The translations under genes were made by a program, and so were the position numbers. From Octopus vulgaris (taxonomy: Eukaryota), in the NCBI GenBank assembly GCA_951406725.2, contig OX597835.1:50220001-50284000 (forward strand): a stretch of DNA of 64,000 nt, read 5' to 3'. The notes under the pieces are model-generated. The model was not told the origin of the DNA. It worked only from the letters and a program-made list of their open reading frames with translations, and did not search any database. Shown one piece after another: positions 12,609 to 26,957 of the stretch (positions within the stretch are counted from its first letter, which is position 1; every line of letters starts with the position of its first letter).

Positions 12609-13225
12609 ATCTATTCGCTCATTTCTCTCACATACATACACTACAGATGTTTTTTATAACGAGCTTAACCTATAACCCTGTTACTCCTTTTTTCATTTCT
12701 CTCTCTCTCCCCTCCTCCTCCTCCTCTCTCTCCCGTAAACGTAACTTCTCATACGCTCTACTCCCCCCCTTCTTTTACTTCTATTTGATCTTTCGGCTGT
12801 AGCTTTTTTTTAGCATAAATCTCTTGTTGCACCCATAGCGCTATTGTAAATGTTCATCTTTGATATAATGATACGGTGACGTGATGATGGTGGACACATG
12901 GAACGGTTGCCCTGGCGCAATTATAAAAAACAAATAGTAACAATAAATGAATAAAAATTACCATCCGTTCCGTAATTCTTGTTCTGGGCGCTGGCAATCC
13001 ATCCCGTTTCAATACATTATAGGACATTTACCTTCGTGGGTCGGCTTGATTCTGGATTTGGTGGGGCTACCTTAATTGGTCCTAGCTCGAGGAATTATAG
13101 GTCCCGCCCCGAGGAAAGGTAATGTACTGGACTCCCTAAATACATAACCACAACATATATATACTAGAAATGGGCCTTGGAAACCTGTGAGGCACCCGAG
13201 CAATCGCTTAGTGTACGCGTGCTAG

Positions 13226-13670
<445 letters not shown>

Positions 13671-14842
13671 ACAGTTTCATTGGATTTGTTTGTTAACTCC
13701 CACATTTTATATAAGCCATCATTGTAATGTCTCCGCCATACGATACCCTTGTGGCAAATAAAACAAATCCTCATCATGATCATCATTATCATCATTAGAA
13801 ACCGTCGTCATTGTTATCATTATTGGGGAAACTCGATGCTGTAAGCAATATTAGAAAGAAAACGAAAAAAGTAATTTCTATTACGAAACAACTTATTTTT
13901 ATTGTATTTACTATTTTGTTATGGAATTGGATGTCGGGGTGGAGGGGCGAGACTCAATCAACAACAACACCAACCAATTAATTATAATCGTCATCATTAG
14001 CATTATCCCCATGATTATGCAATGAAGACGCTACGGCTGCTGACAATGAGAGTAGTCCTCCTCCTCCTTCTCCTCCTCCTTCTCCTCCTCCTCCTCCTCC
14101 TTCTCCTCCTCCTCCTCCTCATCATCAGCAGCAGCAGCCGTAATTGGAGACTTTCCTCATAACCAGTGTTGCCTCTCTTACACAGCAGTCACGGTGATGG
14201 AGGTGCTGCGGTTGAAATATTGTTGTGGGTGGTTATCGAATAGCTTAATGAAGAGCAAGATTTTTTTTTTCTTAAATCCCAGCTGGTGACATTCTTGTAT
14301 CTTAACAATGGATGGTAGAGCATGTATAGGCTGGTCCCTTCTTGCCTTCCTTTCTCTCTCTCTCTCTCTCTCTCGTTGTAGATGAGAAGTAAATAGGAAG
14401 GACAACAATAGCGATCGAAGAAAAAGAAAGAAAGAGAAAAAGCGAGAGGAGAATATTTGAACCATTTCGAAACCTGTTATATCGTAATCAAATCAATATG
14501 TTTCGCGGGTGTGTGTGTAAAATGGTGATGGTGCATACTCGGTATTGTTTTTATTTTTCGAATTTCTCACCCGTAGAAAGAGCCGGGTTACTAGACTAGA
14601 AGCAACATTCATTCATTGGAATTTGACATCAAATTTGGACGTAGGTACGTTTGTATGCATGAAAGATTGCTAGCACGTACGCATGAATACATGTATGTAC
14701 ATATTTATGGATTCATAAGCATATGCATGGATAATATTATATGTGAAGCTGAACTTTGGAAATGTTTAACGTATTTTGACAGCTTGTAATTAATGTTTGG
14801 ACCAGGCGTCTTCTTTCTGGTTTTGTGAATCCCAGCTTTTCA

Positions 14843-15130
14843 AGTTTCGCACCGACGCAGTTTATCACGTAGCCAAGTGCTCTAATAGTTATTAGTAAAA
14901 ATTGGGCGGCGAGCTGGTAGAATCGTTAGTACGCCAAGCAAAATGTCTAGCGGCATTTCATCCGTCTTTACATTCCGTGTTCAGATTGTTCCGAGCCTGA
15001 CTTTGTCTCTCATCCTTTCGGGCTCGATAAAATAAGTGACAGTCGAACACTGGGGTCGATGTAATCAACCTCACTCTCTCACTCCCCGAAATTGCTGACC
15101 TTTTGCCAAAATTTGAAACCAATGATTATT
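14843..15130 (+). mobile_element. SINE family B (CpG-retaining copy)
   Basis: ggcggcgagctggtagaatcgttag...catcctttcgggctcgataaaataagt...ctggggtcgatgtaatc...gccaaaatttgaaacc. Confidence 0.85.
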
Positions 15131-15715
15131 TGTAGAAATCTAGAAATAGGGGACCCACAGTATTCTCATCAGTTTATCATCGATGCTTTCTTTGTCAGTA
15201 ACTTCTAACTTTATCTTGATATCTACTGGACAACCGATTTCAAGTAGTGAACATAGTTTCTTTTATTTGTCACAGATCATTGTATCTGGTCTGTTGAGTT
15301 TGCGTTTATTGAAGTATTGACAAGGTTACCGCTACTAGTAACATGTAACCCAATACAACCTGCCGCATGGTCGGGCCGTCGACAACTAAACTAGTAATTC
15401 TGATTCTTAAGGAGCGTAATTTTCGTTGGAAACCCAGAAGACTGAAAAGTAAAACCTATCAAAGGATGGATGAACTCGATCGTATCAACAGCCATTCAAC
15501 AGATAGGAATAAGAAACCCCTAGTCTTTGCTTGGACGCCTCTCATTGCGAAGTTAGAAGTCTTGCTGTTGCTTGTTTTTGGACTCCTTGACTTTGCAGGC
15601 GAGTTTGAGCAGCGTTGTGCAAGCTGTTGTTACTGACTTTAAATTTCAGTCCCGGCATTGCAGATAGCCATTGCCTTTAACATCTGGGATAAAATAATTT
15701 GTCGGCGATGATCAT

Positions 15716-15855
15716 CAGGGCCAGCCCTAGAGTTACTGGCGCCCTGAACTTTGGCGTGTTCACGCTGACGGTCGTGGAAATGTCCTTGTTTTTGTCATGC
15801 TCTCCTTGGCGCCCTGGGCGACTGCCCGAGTTGCCGATACCTTGAACCGGCCCTG
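15716..15855. mobile_element. 140-bp hAT-type MITE
   Basis: Termini CAGGGCC...GGCCCTG; 8-bp TSD atgatcat/atggtcat (7/8). Confidence 0.75.
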
Positions 15856-18383
15856 ATGGTCATACTCGTCTACGAGTCGACAGTAGCTATGCATGCATGC
15901 ATGCATGTATGTATGTATGTATGTATGTATGTATGTGTGTGTATGTATGTATGACTGTATGCATGCATGTGTGTGTATGTATGTATGTATGTATGCATGC
16001 ATGCATGTATGTATGTATGTATGTATGTATGTATGTATGTATGTAGGCATGCATGTATGTATGTATGTATGTAGGCATGCATGTATGTATGTATGTAGGC
16101 ATGCATGTATGTATGTATGTATGTATGCATGTATGTATGTATGTATGCATGCATGTATGTATGTATTTGGAAGTGTGTGTGGGTCTTCCCAGGTCAGACC
16201 TGTTTGAGTCGTCACTTTTGATCAAAGCCAACTCAGGTGTAACTATTTCGCCTTTGTGGTAGAGGGGAGCAAGGCGAGGTATATCTAGGACTCTATTATC
16301 TGTATCTCTCTCCTTCGTTATTTTTAAGGGACATGAATTTGGGGATATTTGGCTGGTATTTCCTAAAAGTGTCAATTATTATTTACAATAAATATAAGTT
16401 TTACTGTCTTTCTACAAGATCCATTTTAACTGTCGTGAATGAATTAAGGGGTTTAGACGGCAAACAGGGATTTCACAGTAGGTTGAGGGAGCCAGAGAAT
16501 TACTGTCTAAACCTATTAACAATGTTCGACACAACTTACTGAAGCAAGCCAGCGCGCTGGCAGCATTACCACGAGGCCAAGACGTTGGGAAAGCCAAGCG
16601 GCCTCACGGCATCACCTGGTAACTCGGTGAGGCAAGCTGTCAACGATAACAAGAACTTCGCGTTGAGTGGTCCAGTCCTTCGGAACGCTTCAAACGCCAC
16701 AGGCTGGAAGAGACAGGTCCATATGCATCAGGGTTTTTACCCGTTCGGCTACGGAAGTAGTGGCCCTCCTATTTACTGCAGCACCCAGGATCTGGAAGAG
16801 AGCAAAAATGAAGCACCTACGTCATACGTTCTGAATGATACCGTTCGTCACGTCCTAAGTTACTCTGGTGGTTGAAAAAAAAAAAAAAATGGAAATATGT
16901 GTCATATACGATACATGGACTTGTGAAACACAAGGCAGGCAAAGGGTTAAGGGCAAATGATGGTCCTCTTACGTGGTTGTTCAACTTGCGAGAAATAATA
17001 ACCATGTCTCCTTCAAACCATATCCTTATGTCTTTGATTTCTCTTTTAAAGAGGACACACTGGACAATATCGTCTTGGGTATACAAAATAGACAAAGTTC
17101 GAACGTCTCTGCTAAATCTCATTGAACAGCCTCTTCGCGTTCAACCTGCCAGAAAGTAATTTCTAGTTTACAAAATAAATGGCAGAATTTGAATTCAGAA
17201 GGTAAAGAGCTGCAACTAACCACCTCAAGGTATTTTGGTTGACGCTCGGACGATCTTACTAAATAATTATTTTAAAGAATAGACAAAAAGGTCAGCAATT
17301 TTAGGGGAACAGACGATTATCTTGACCAAAGTACTTGACAGGATGAAAATCAAAGTTGACCTCAGGTTTGAACTCAGAACATAAAGGCTGTACATAAAAT
17401 CTGGAAGGTAGTTTGTCCAGTTCTGACGATTCCGCCAATCGTCCACCAGATTTAAACTGAGAACTTGAGGAGCCTTAGCTCGAAAGTGGTAGGGATTTTG
17501 ACAGAGGTTCAAACCATTCTGCCCAAAATAAATGTTTCTGGCGCAGGCAGAGAGGCTGAAATTTGGTAGGGGCCGGGTAGACGATTGCATCGACTCCACT
17601 GCTTGACCTGTACTTTATTTTATTGACTCGAAAGGATAATAGGCAAAGTCGACCTTGGTGGGACTTTAAGTCAGAAAGTAAAGAAGATGAGGCATAGATA
17701 TACAAAAAAAAAAAAAAAAAAGGTCACGGCTGGAGCATTTTTGATCATAGATCTTTCTCGATCAAGGTGTTGAGTGCTGGTGGTAGTGTGATGTTGGGTA
17801 TAAAAGAGACTCCTTAGTTGTCGAGGTCTTCGATGTAATCAATCTCTCTCTCTCTCTCCCTCACTACATCGTCATTTCACTATTTGTATCTATGTCATGT
17901 TAACAACGCGTGGGAAGACTGATTGGAAATACAGGCATAAGTAATTATTTTGAGGTAAAAATTGATAACTATAAATATAAAATAAATAATGGATTTAAGA
18001 AATGAATAAAATGAACCAAAAATATATAAAAGAACGAATCGAAAATCCTTGATCAGTGTCATTCGTCGATGTCAGTTTTCAACGTCAATCGATTTGGTTT
18101 ACGCAAAAACCAGTTTCGTGACGAGTACTCCCACACATAATAAACCACACACACATATATTATTGTTATTATATTGCATTATATATAGATATAATATTTT
18201 ATTGCATTTTATATTTTTCTCTCTCTTTCTCTCTCTCTCACTCTCTCGCTATATATATATATATTTGTATGTATGTATGTATATTCAAGATACATACGTA
18301 TATAAATTATATATAGACTACACTCACACACACACACACACACACGGTTCGGTGGACAAATAGACAGATGACTAGGTAGGTAT

Positions 18384-18418
<35 letters not shown>

Positions 18419-19052
18419 TAGATAGATCGATAGATAGATAGATAGATAGATAAAACCAAAAATTGGTTTATTTATTCAACTAATAAAGAATGTATTTCTT
18501 CGAAGAGGGATATGTAGACGTAGTTACTATATATATGCTTAAAACAACATTAATTAATTTACATTTTTGGATAAATTTTCGAAGCATCTGCATGGAGGAG
18601 ACGTCCTCGTCTCTGATTGATGCCAGCGCGGAACATGGAATGAATGAATGAATGAATAAATGAACAGCGAACGAGGATTGTTTGAGTGAATGACAGAATG
18701 ACAGAATGAATGAATGAAGAACGGAGTTTCGGAAAGCAAATCACATGATAATTTTTTAAAAATCAGTCCTCAAGAGAATTTTGCTCTCTTTTAGTCCCTT
18801 CTGCCATTTATTAAATCGAGGCATTTGAATTGTTGAACCATATTTTAGAGCTTCAACACTAAAACACAATTCTTTTGTTTAATTACAAAAATTACGAATG
18901 ATTGCTTTCCATCACTTAAGGAAAAAAAAAGCTGTTTTTGTTTTTGAAACATAAATGAATAAATTGTGTTAGTAACCTATAAGAAGATTAGTAGAAGGGA
19001 TAAGCGACAGCTTAACCTTCTTTTTATTATTTCGTTCCTTCTCTCATACATG

Positions 19053-19097
<45 letters not shown>

Positions 19098-19239
19098 GTG
19101 TGTGTGTGTGTGTGTGGCTGAATCAGTGAAAGTGTATAAAATTATTACATTGTCGAATGAAATAATTTTATACACTTTAACTGGTTCTTGAAATACCCAG
19201 TTATTCCATGAAATAACTGAGTTATATACTTTAATGGTA

Positions 19240-19271
<32 letters not shown>

Positions 19272-19306
19272 GTGTATGTATATATGTTATATATGTGTGT
19301 AAGCGA

Positions 19307-19610
19307 AGGTGCGTGCCTTAGTGGTTAGGACATACGGCCATAATCGTCAGGTGAGTTTCCCAGACGCGCATTGTGTTCTTGAGCAAGACACTTTATTTCA
19401 CATTGCTCCACTCAACTGGCAAAAATGAGTTGTATCTATATTTTAAAGGGCCAGGCTTGTCACATTCTACGTCACCCCGAATCTCCATGAGAATTACGGT
19501 AAGACTACGCGTGTCTGTGGCGTACTCAGCCACTTGCACATTTCATGAGAAGGCAGTTCCGCTGGTCTGATCATCTGGAACTCTCGTCATCGTTTCCAAA
19601 AGAGTACCAG
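19307..19610 (+). mobile_element. tRNA-derived SINE family D
   Basis: Head cgtgccttagtggttagg...cttgagcaagacactttatttcac and body cactcaactggcaaaaatgagttgta. Other copies at 20495-20585 (+), 30880-31128 (-) and 35126-35340 (+). Confidence 0.8.
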
Positions 19611-19840
19611 CGTGTGTGTGTGTGTTTGTCCTCCCCTCCACCACTTGAAAACTGGTGTTAGTGTGTTTATATCCCTGTAACTCAGCAGTTCAGCCAAAGA
19701 AATTGATAAAATAAGTAAGGGTCAAGTCATTTGACTAAAATTCTGCTGAGTCTAATGATTGAGACTAGTAAAAGATAAAAGATATATATATATATATATC
19801 ATCATTTAGCGTCCGCTTTCCATGCTATATATATAATCAG

Positions 19841-19872
<32 letters not shown>

Positions 19873-20042
19873 ATCATCATCATCATCATCCTCATCATCA
19901 TTTAACATCTGTTGTCCATCCTGGGTTGGGTTGGATGGTTTGACCATAGCTAGCAAGCTAGGGAGCTGCACCGGACCCCAATCTGATTTACCATGGTTTC
20001 TATAGCTGGATGCGCTTCCTAACACCACTATAAATATATATA

Positions 20043-20410
20043 TTCTTTTATTCTTTTACTTGTTTCAGTCATTTGACCGTGGCCATGCTGGAGCACCACC
20101 TGAAAGGGTTTTAGTTGAAGAAATCAACCCGAGGACTTATTCTATCAGTTCCTTTTGCCGAACTGCTAAGTTATGGGGGACTTAAACATACCAGCATCGG
20201 TTGTCAAGCGATGGTGGTGTGGGACACAGACACACAAAATCTATATATGTATATACAATAGGCTTCTTTCAGTTTCTGTCCATCAAATCCACTGACAAGG
20301 CTTTGGTTGGCCCGAGGCTATAGTAGAAGACACTTTCCCATGGTGCCATGTAGTGAGACTGACCCCGGAACCATGTGGTTGGGAAGCAAGCTTCTTACCA
20401 TACAGCCACA

Positions 20411-20412
<2 letters not shown>
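20043..20412 (-). mobile_element. SINE family A
   Basis: Reverse complement of the 43041-43460 type over its full length. Confidence 0.85.
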
Positions 20413-20451
<39 letters not shown>

Positions 20452-20906
20452 TGGCATTAGGAAAGGCATCCAGCTGTAGAAACCAAACCAGACTGTGGAG
20501 TACTCAGCCACTTGCACATTTCACGAGCAGGCTGTTCCATTGATCAGATCAGCTGGAACACTTGTCATCTTAACCGAAGGAGTGCAAGATATGCGGATAA
20601 ACAAGTTAGATATATTGAATTTAACAGTTTGTGTATAAAATGCAGAATATATATGGATACATGCAAAATGAGAGAAAGCAAAAAGTGAAGACATCTGGAT
20701 CCCTCTTCTACTCATTCTTTACCCTGTGGAATTGATCCCCTGCAAAGACATTGGAGTCTAAGTTGGAAGCATTTGAGTGCTACTAAGTGTCTTTTATATA
20801 AAAAATATCTGGACTTCATCTGTTTACTATATGTATATATAAATTAACAGAATGAGATAAAAACTCCAAGGCTGTGAATAGTTTTCAGACCATTTATAAA
20901 GAGAAG

Positions 20907-20954
20907 GTCTTACAGCTGTTTCCGGGATATTTTATATATCCCTTCATCAGAGAC
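20907..20954 (-). ncRNA. Minimal type-I hammerhead ribozyme candidate (Penelope/retrozyme type)
   Basis: Minus strand: GTCT-CTGATGA-A-GGGATAT-ataaa-ATATCCC-G-GAAAC-AGCT-GTA-AGAC. All stems pair, the loop is palindromic AGCT and the triplet is GUA. Confidence 0.75.
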
Positions 20955-21122
20955 AGTGCAAGAAAATGTTTAAGTAATAGTTATTATAGAGAAGATATGA
21001 AACAGAGAGTGAAGTGGAGGAATGAAAACAGACGTGAGATACATAAGGATATTGTATTTGCAGTTCTATTATTTAAGCAGAATGGTGTATATATAAGTTT
21101 CCTGTATATATATGTTTCCTAT

Positions 21123-21192
21123 ACCAAGGTAAGTTGGAGTCCAGGAGTGTAAGGGAATTCTCTTACGCTTCTGGACTCCAACCTTCCATGGT
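21123..21192. repeat. Inverted repeat / hairpin (~34-bp arms)
   Basis: accaaggtaagttggagtccaggagtgtaaggga / tctcttacgcttctggactccaaccttccatggt. Confidence 0.8.
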
Positions 21193-21659
21193 TTTTTGAA
21201 ATGAACTTTTCTGACATATTTTTAACTGAGGGGAGTAACATAAAATTTTTTTAGTCGACTGATATTTTATTTAAGTTTTTAGTCGCATGACATGCTTTAA
21301 ACCTTTTAGTTGATTATATACACCTTCTTGGTATATCTTCTTGGTAGGCTGTTCTATGTATTTGCATTTTTATTTGCATTTATATTTTTTACCTTCTGTG
21401 TTTTTTATATATGTATTCTTTTTGTATGTTAAAGGCCATGGTAATCTATAATATAAACTGTATTCATAGATGATCAAATGTATGGAAGGTGTTATGGTGT
21501 TATGGATGAAGTCATTGACTTTAATTTGATGTTTGTTCTCTAATCAATGTTTTTTTTTTTGATCTGTCTCAATTTCATTTGAGCATTTCTTTTTTGCAGT
21601 CTTATAAACCCTTTTGTCTCCATAAAAAGAGGCAAAAAGTATTTCTTGTTGTATATATG

Positions 21660-21745
<86 letters not shown>

Positions 21746-22161
21746 CATATTTATATATGTATATGGACACATACCATATACATACATACATACATACATT
21801 CACATGTGTATGTATGTGTACAAACATGCACTTGTATACGTGTGTGTGTGTGTGTGTGTGTGCATAAATTATCAGAAAATAGAGAAAACTTCAGATCAAC
21901 AAGCAAATCAATTGGACCACATCTGTAACTTATTATTTAATACAAAACATGACATAACATTTATGTGACATAACAATTCTTACAGCTGTTTCTGCTTCCG
22001 ATGTCAGTCAGTGCCCATGAAAGAATTGCAAAAATAATATTCTCCATCTCCATAGGATATTCGAACTAGAAAAGGGCTCTTCATCTGAGTGTCCAAAAAT
22101 AAACAAAAGGAAGAGGGAATAGGAAAGAAAATATGGCCTAAAGAAGTTCGGAGACCTAATA

Positions 22162-22263
22162 TATTAAAATCATACTATCTTCCATCATAGGGCCTCAAAG
22201 TCAGTAGGCTTTTTTGCCTACTGACTTCAAAGCCCTCTAATGGAAGATTGTATGATTTTAATA
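22162..22263. repeat. Inverted repeat / hairpin (~48-bp arms, T6 loop)
   Basis: tattaaaatcatactatcttccatcatagggcctcaaagtcagtaggc-tttttt-gcctactgacttcaaagccctctaatggaagattgtatgattttaata. Confidence 0.85.
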
Positions 22264-22536
22264 CAATCGGATGCGGAAATGGCCAAAATAATTGTAATGT
22301 CACATAAATGTTTTCTCCATTTTCTTATTATTTATATTTGATTCCTGTTAAACTTTTGTTTATTCTGTTGTTACCTGTACCCTATGAGCATAGTTTGCCT
22401 GCATACCCATGCCCAGAGATAACATGGGTAACTGATACTGATAGTATATATGGATATTTTATCCCTTAGTTGGTTATTATAACTGCTAACTCTGCTTACC
22501 TATATATATGTATATATATATTTCTTTTTAATGCAT

Positions 22537-22612
<76 letters not shown>

Positions 22613-23063
22613 AAGATTTTGGAGATGGAAATTGAGAAGAAGCTTTTACACACGTGTACCTGTTTGTTCTGGCTGGGCTGTGTGAAAGACGTTTGCTCCC
22701 CAACCACAGGCTTTTGGATTTAGTCTCATCTTTTATGGCATCTTGAGCAGTTGTCTTCCTCAATTGTGAGCGGATGGAAACTGAAACAAGTTCGCTGTGT
22801 GTGTGTTTCTGCTGATTAAATTTTTCCTTTATGGTATTACATTGCGCCTAGCAGTTTATATTAATTTTGAGGGTATGCTTTAGCATTTTGCTAAATCAGC
22901 CATAAATTTTTATGGTAAAAATATATACAGTGGCAGATGGAATTAGCCAAACCAAACCCTCAGCCACTTGATTAGTCACAACTGATGATGCCTACAAAAT
23001 AGGCAAAACTAGTCTAGTCTAGTGATTCTGGAGATAGTCATAGAGTGGTTACCTCCCTTGTCA

Positions 23064-23113
<50 letters not shown>

Positions 23114-23114
23114 A

Positions 23115-23334
23115 AGCACCAACCGATCGTGGCTGTTTGCCCCTCTGGCCCCTGTGCCAGTGGCACGTAAAAAGCACCCACTACACTCATGGAGTGGTTG
23201 GCATTAGAAAGGGCATCCAGACGTAGAAACATTGCCAGATCAGACTGGAGCCTGGTGCAGCCTCCTGGTTTCCCAGACTCTGGTTGAACCGTCCAACTCA
23301 TGCCAGCATGGGAAGTGAACATTAAACAATGATG

Positions 23335-23385
<51 letters not shown>

Positions 23386-23720
23386 ATGATGATGATGATA
23401 ATCATCATCATTTAATGTCCGTTGTCCATGGTGGCATGGGTAGGATGGTTTGACAGGGCTGGCAAGCTGGAAGGCTGTGCCAGGTTCCAATCTGATTTAG
23501 CATGGTTTTCTAAAGCTGGATGCCCTTCCTAACGCCAACCACTCCAAGAGTGTAATGGGTGCCTTTACATGCCACCGACATGGGTGCAATTTTCGTGACA
23601 CAGGTATCTGCCATGACTGCGATTTTTCTTGGCTTGATGGGTCTTCTTCTCAAGCAAGACATAATGCCAAAGGTCTTGGTCATTGCCTCTGCGAGGCCCA
23701 ACACTCGAAAGGAACTTGGC
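23115..23720. mobile_element. Tail-to-tail pair of family C elements (RTE-type 3' end/SINE with (GAT)n tail)
   Basis: The + copy (ggagtggttggcattagaaagggcatccag...ccagcatgg...gatgatg, to ~23340) and the - copy (from ~23400) are separated by (TA)n/(GAT)n. Other family C copies: 8670-8800, 19875-20028, 39322-39580, 45148-45550, 48803-48958, 49725-50240, 50270-50480 and 56190-56385. Confidence 0.8.
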
Positions 23721-25462
23721 TACTTACATACATACTATATGTGTATGCATATATATATATATGTATATATGTTAGTCAAAGTTCTTTCATTGCTGTTTGT
23801 GACCTTTTCAGTGACTTAATGACTTCCTTCTTGCTAGCATTGTGCTCCAATGTCTACTTTGGCATGGTTTCCATAGCAAACATTAAGAAATATAAATATC
23901 TCACAAACAATGCAAATATAAGTTTCAAATTTTGGCACAAGGCCAGCAAATTCAGGAGTTGGGGTAAGTCGATTACATTAACCCCAGTGCTTAGCTGATA
24001 CTTATTTTATCAACCTTGAGAAGACGAAAGCCAAAATCGACCTTGGCAGAATTTGAACTCAGAACATAAAGAGGGACAAAATACTACTAAGCATTTTGCT
24101 TGGCATGCTGAAGGTTCTGCCTTCAAACTATGCAAATATTAATAAAGAATTTTGCAGCTCAAAAATGATTCCCCAATGGCATCCCTAAGTTTATTCTTGA
24201 AATTCTAAAATTTCTCCCAGGTTCAGTTGTGTAGCTAGCATGCATACTGCCCTTAAGTTTCCTCTCCCTTCAGCCCCACCCCCAATACAACATATAAATC
24301 AGACCCAAAAATGCCCATCCCCATAAAAAGAGTGTCAGCTGGAATGAAGCCACTCCCAGCTAAGCTAATCCCCAGGTTAAGCGTAATCTGAAATGCTATT
24401 GGAATTATAACCTCTAGGATGCTGTGCACCAGCCAGGCCACTGTTGTGGCCTTTGTTCCAACTCCCTGCATTTTCACAGAATTTGTTCTGATTCTATGTT
24501 TTGAGTTCAGATTCTGCTGAATTTATTTATTTGAATATATGTGTGTATCTGTTTACATATGTGTGTTTATCTCTCTTTCTCTCTCTGTCAGAATAATTTC
24601 AGAGTTGAGTAAAAAGTCCCAATAAAATTCTGTGGATTAATGCAATTGTAGGAACATCAAACCTGATGCCTTGCATTTTGAGTTCAAATCCCACTGTCAC
24701 ATACATGGGTGGTAAGCATGATCTGTCATCTGGCTTAACACAATGACCTGACCCTTGCATATCTTCAACACTCTGTTGTAAGCATTTGTGCCAGGTTTTC
24801 AATTTGAGGGGACTTCCCTGTTTCCCTCGCTCCCTCTCACCAGTATCAGAGGCCTGGCAGTGAGTCTTGGGCACTACTTTTCCTCCTGACTAAGAAAGAT
24901 AAAAAGATGAAAAGAAGCAAAAAAATAAAAACCTCAACAGATAGTGGCCAAACTATATAATGGATTAAAGGGGAAACATACAGGTTTTGCAACCAACCAA
25001 TCAACCTGGTTGGGGCACATTCAGCTTTGGTGTGGTTAGAACCCTGCATGTCATCTCTTAACCCCCAACCAAGGCCTGATTGAGCAGATCTATGATTAGA
25101 AACATTCTAACCTTGACCAGATTAAAACTGAATGTGACCCAAATTAGGTTGAACATGGGATTGTTACAGTTGTACATTTCCTCTTTAGAAATAGCAGGTG
25201 AATTATTTTACCAGGGAATTTTGGCTTTAAGTTAAGAGAAGATGGAGAAGGAGAGAAAGCAAAGGAAATTTTGATCTTACAAAGACAACTTAACAAGAGC
25301 TGAAGGTCATTTCAAGGTCTTTGTACTGTAATAATACACAGTGACTGACTGCTAGAATTGGTAGAGCAGGGTACAAGGTGCCTTGTTGTATTTTAGTTAT
25401 AATACTTTGCTTGCACTAATATCAATATATACATATATATGTTGTGTGTATGTATGTATGTG

Positions 25463-25517
<55 letters not shown>

Positions 25518-26205
25518 GGTGGCAAGCTAGCAGAATCGTTAGAATGCTGGGCAAAATGCTGCATTTCATCTGTTTTTATGTTCTGAGTTCAAATGTGAAT
25601 GCTTCATAAAGCATAAAATACCAAACATGCATTGTGTATTTTATTAATCTCACTACATGACTTTTATTCACACACAAGACTTTCCCATGATTTGATCCCC
25701 TTGTCTAACCTCACTGGATAGAGAAGTACAATGAAGGGCATACTACTGAGCCCTCACCTTTGGTTACATGTCATGTTTTACAGCGCATATATATTCAATG
25801 CATACATATTTATTTGAATATATGTGTATATCATATCTGTTTACATATGTGTGTAAAAGTAAAAGAGTATATATATATATATATGCATATATACATACAT
25901 GTATGTGTATACTTACATATATATGAGAGCTATTTCAAAGCCAACATCATGCAAAAGTAATTTATTTTAGTGCATGATAAATTATTTTACATGTCTGCAC
26001 TAGGTTGTATGCTATAAATTGCAAACCAATGCAGATATACAAGGCTAGCTCTTCAGATCAACAGAATATCATGGTTACATCAATTTTTTAACTCAGATAT
26101 ACACATACAAAAGAAAATAATGATGTATGAGAGTGAGTCAGGTAGATTATTGTTAATAACCTAGCAGTAATAATAGAAAGAGAAAAGAAAGTAGAAGTTT
26201 AAAGG

Positions 26206-26241
<36 letters not shown>

Positions 26242-26349
26242 TTATAAACATTGTGTTGGTGAAATATGGAGAGTAATATCAAGAAAAATAAAAATAAGGT
26301 CAAAGTTAAAACAACATATATGCATATATATATAAATAAGTATACATAC

Positions 26350-26389
<40 letters not shown>

Positions 26390-26560
26390 TCATATATATA
26401 TATACATATTAATAAGTATACAGATGTATGTATGCAAGAACTAATACAACCCCCCCCCACACACACACATATAAATTCACATAGATACACACTCACACAC
26501 ACACACATATACACTATATATGTGTGTATGTGTGTGTGTGTGTGTGTGCATATATATATA

Positions 26561-26797
26561 TATGAGGAGGTACACAAAAGTGACCGGAAACATTCTTTGT
26601 CAGACAAGCCTGTTCAGGCTTCTGCCACTAGAAGCCACTTGATGCAACCCTCAGGCATCAGTCTGCCGACTGGTGGCATTGAGGGGTCTATACTGCCATG
26701 TGATGTGTCTTTCTTTGCAATGCAGATATACAAGGCCAGCTCTTCAGATCATTGTATATCTGTTCGTCAATTTTTACGATGGCTGAAATGAAGGAAC
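26561..26797 (+). mobile_element. Mariner-like 5' end fragment
   Basis: Starts TA-tgaggaggtacacaaaagtgaccggaa (a TACGAGG-like TIR) and ends atggctgaaatgaaggaac. It shares caatgcagatatacaaggcYagctcttcagatca with 25923-26090, which starts TA-tgagagctatttcaaag. Confidence 0.5.
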
Positions 26798-26926
26798 ATA
26801 CACTCACATACACATACATAGATTGATATATATAAATCGACATACATGTAACTGGGTCTACTGAAGGAGCTTTTCTGGGATTACCACTGGATTATATAAA
26901 TCCACATACTCTACATCAACTACATA

Positions 26927-26957
<31 letters not shown>

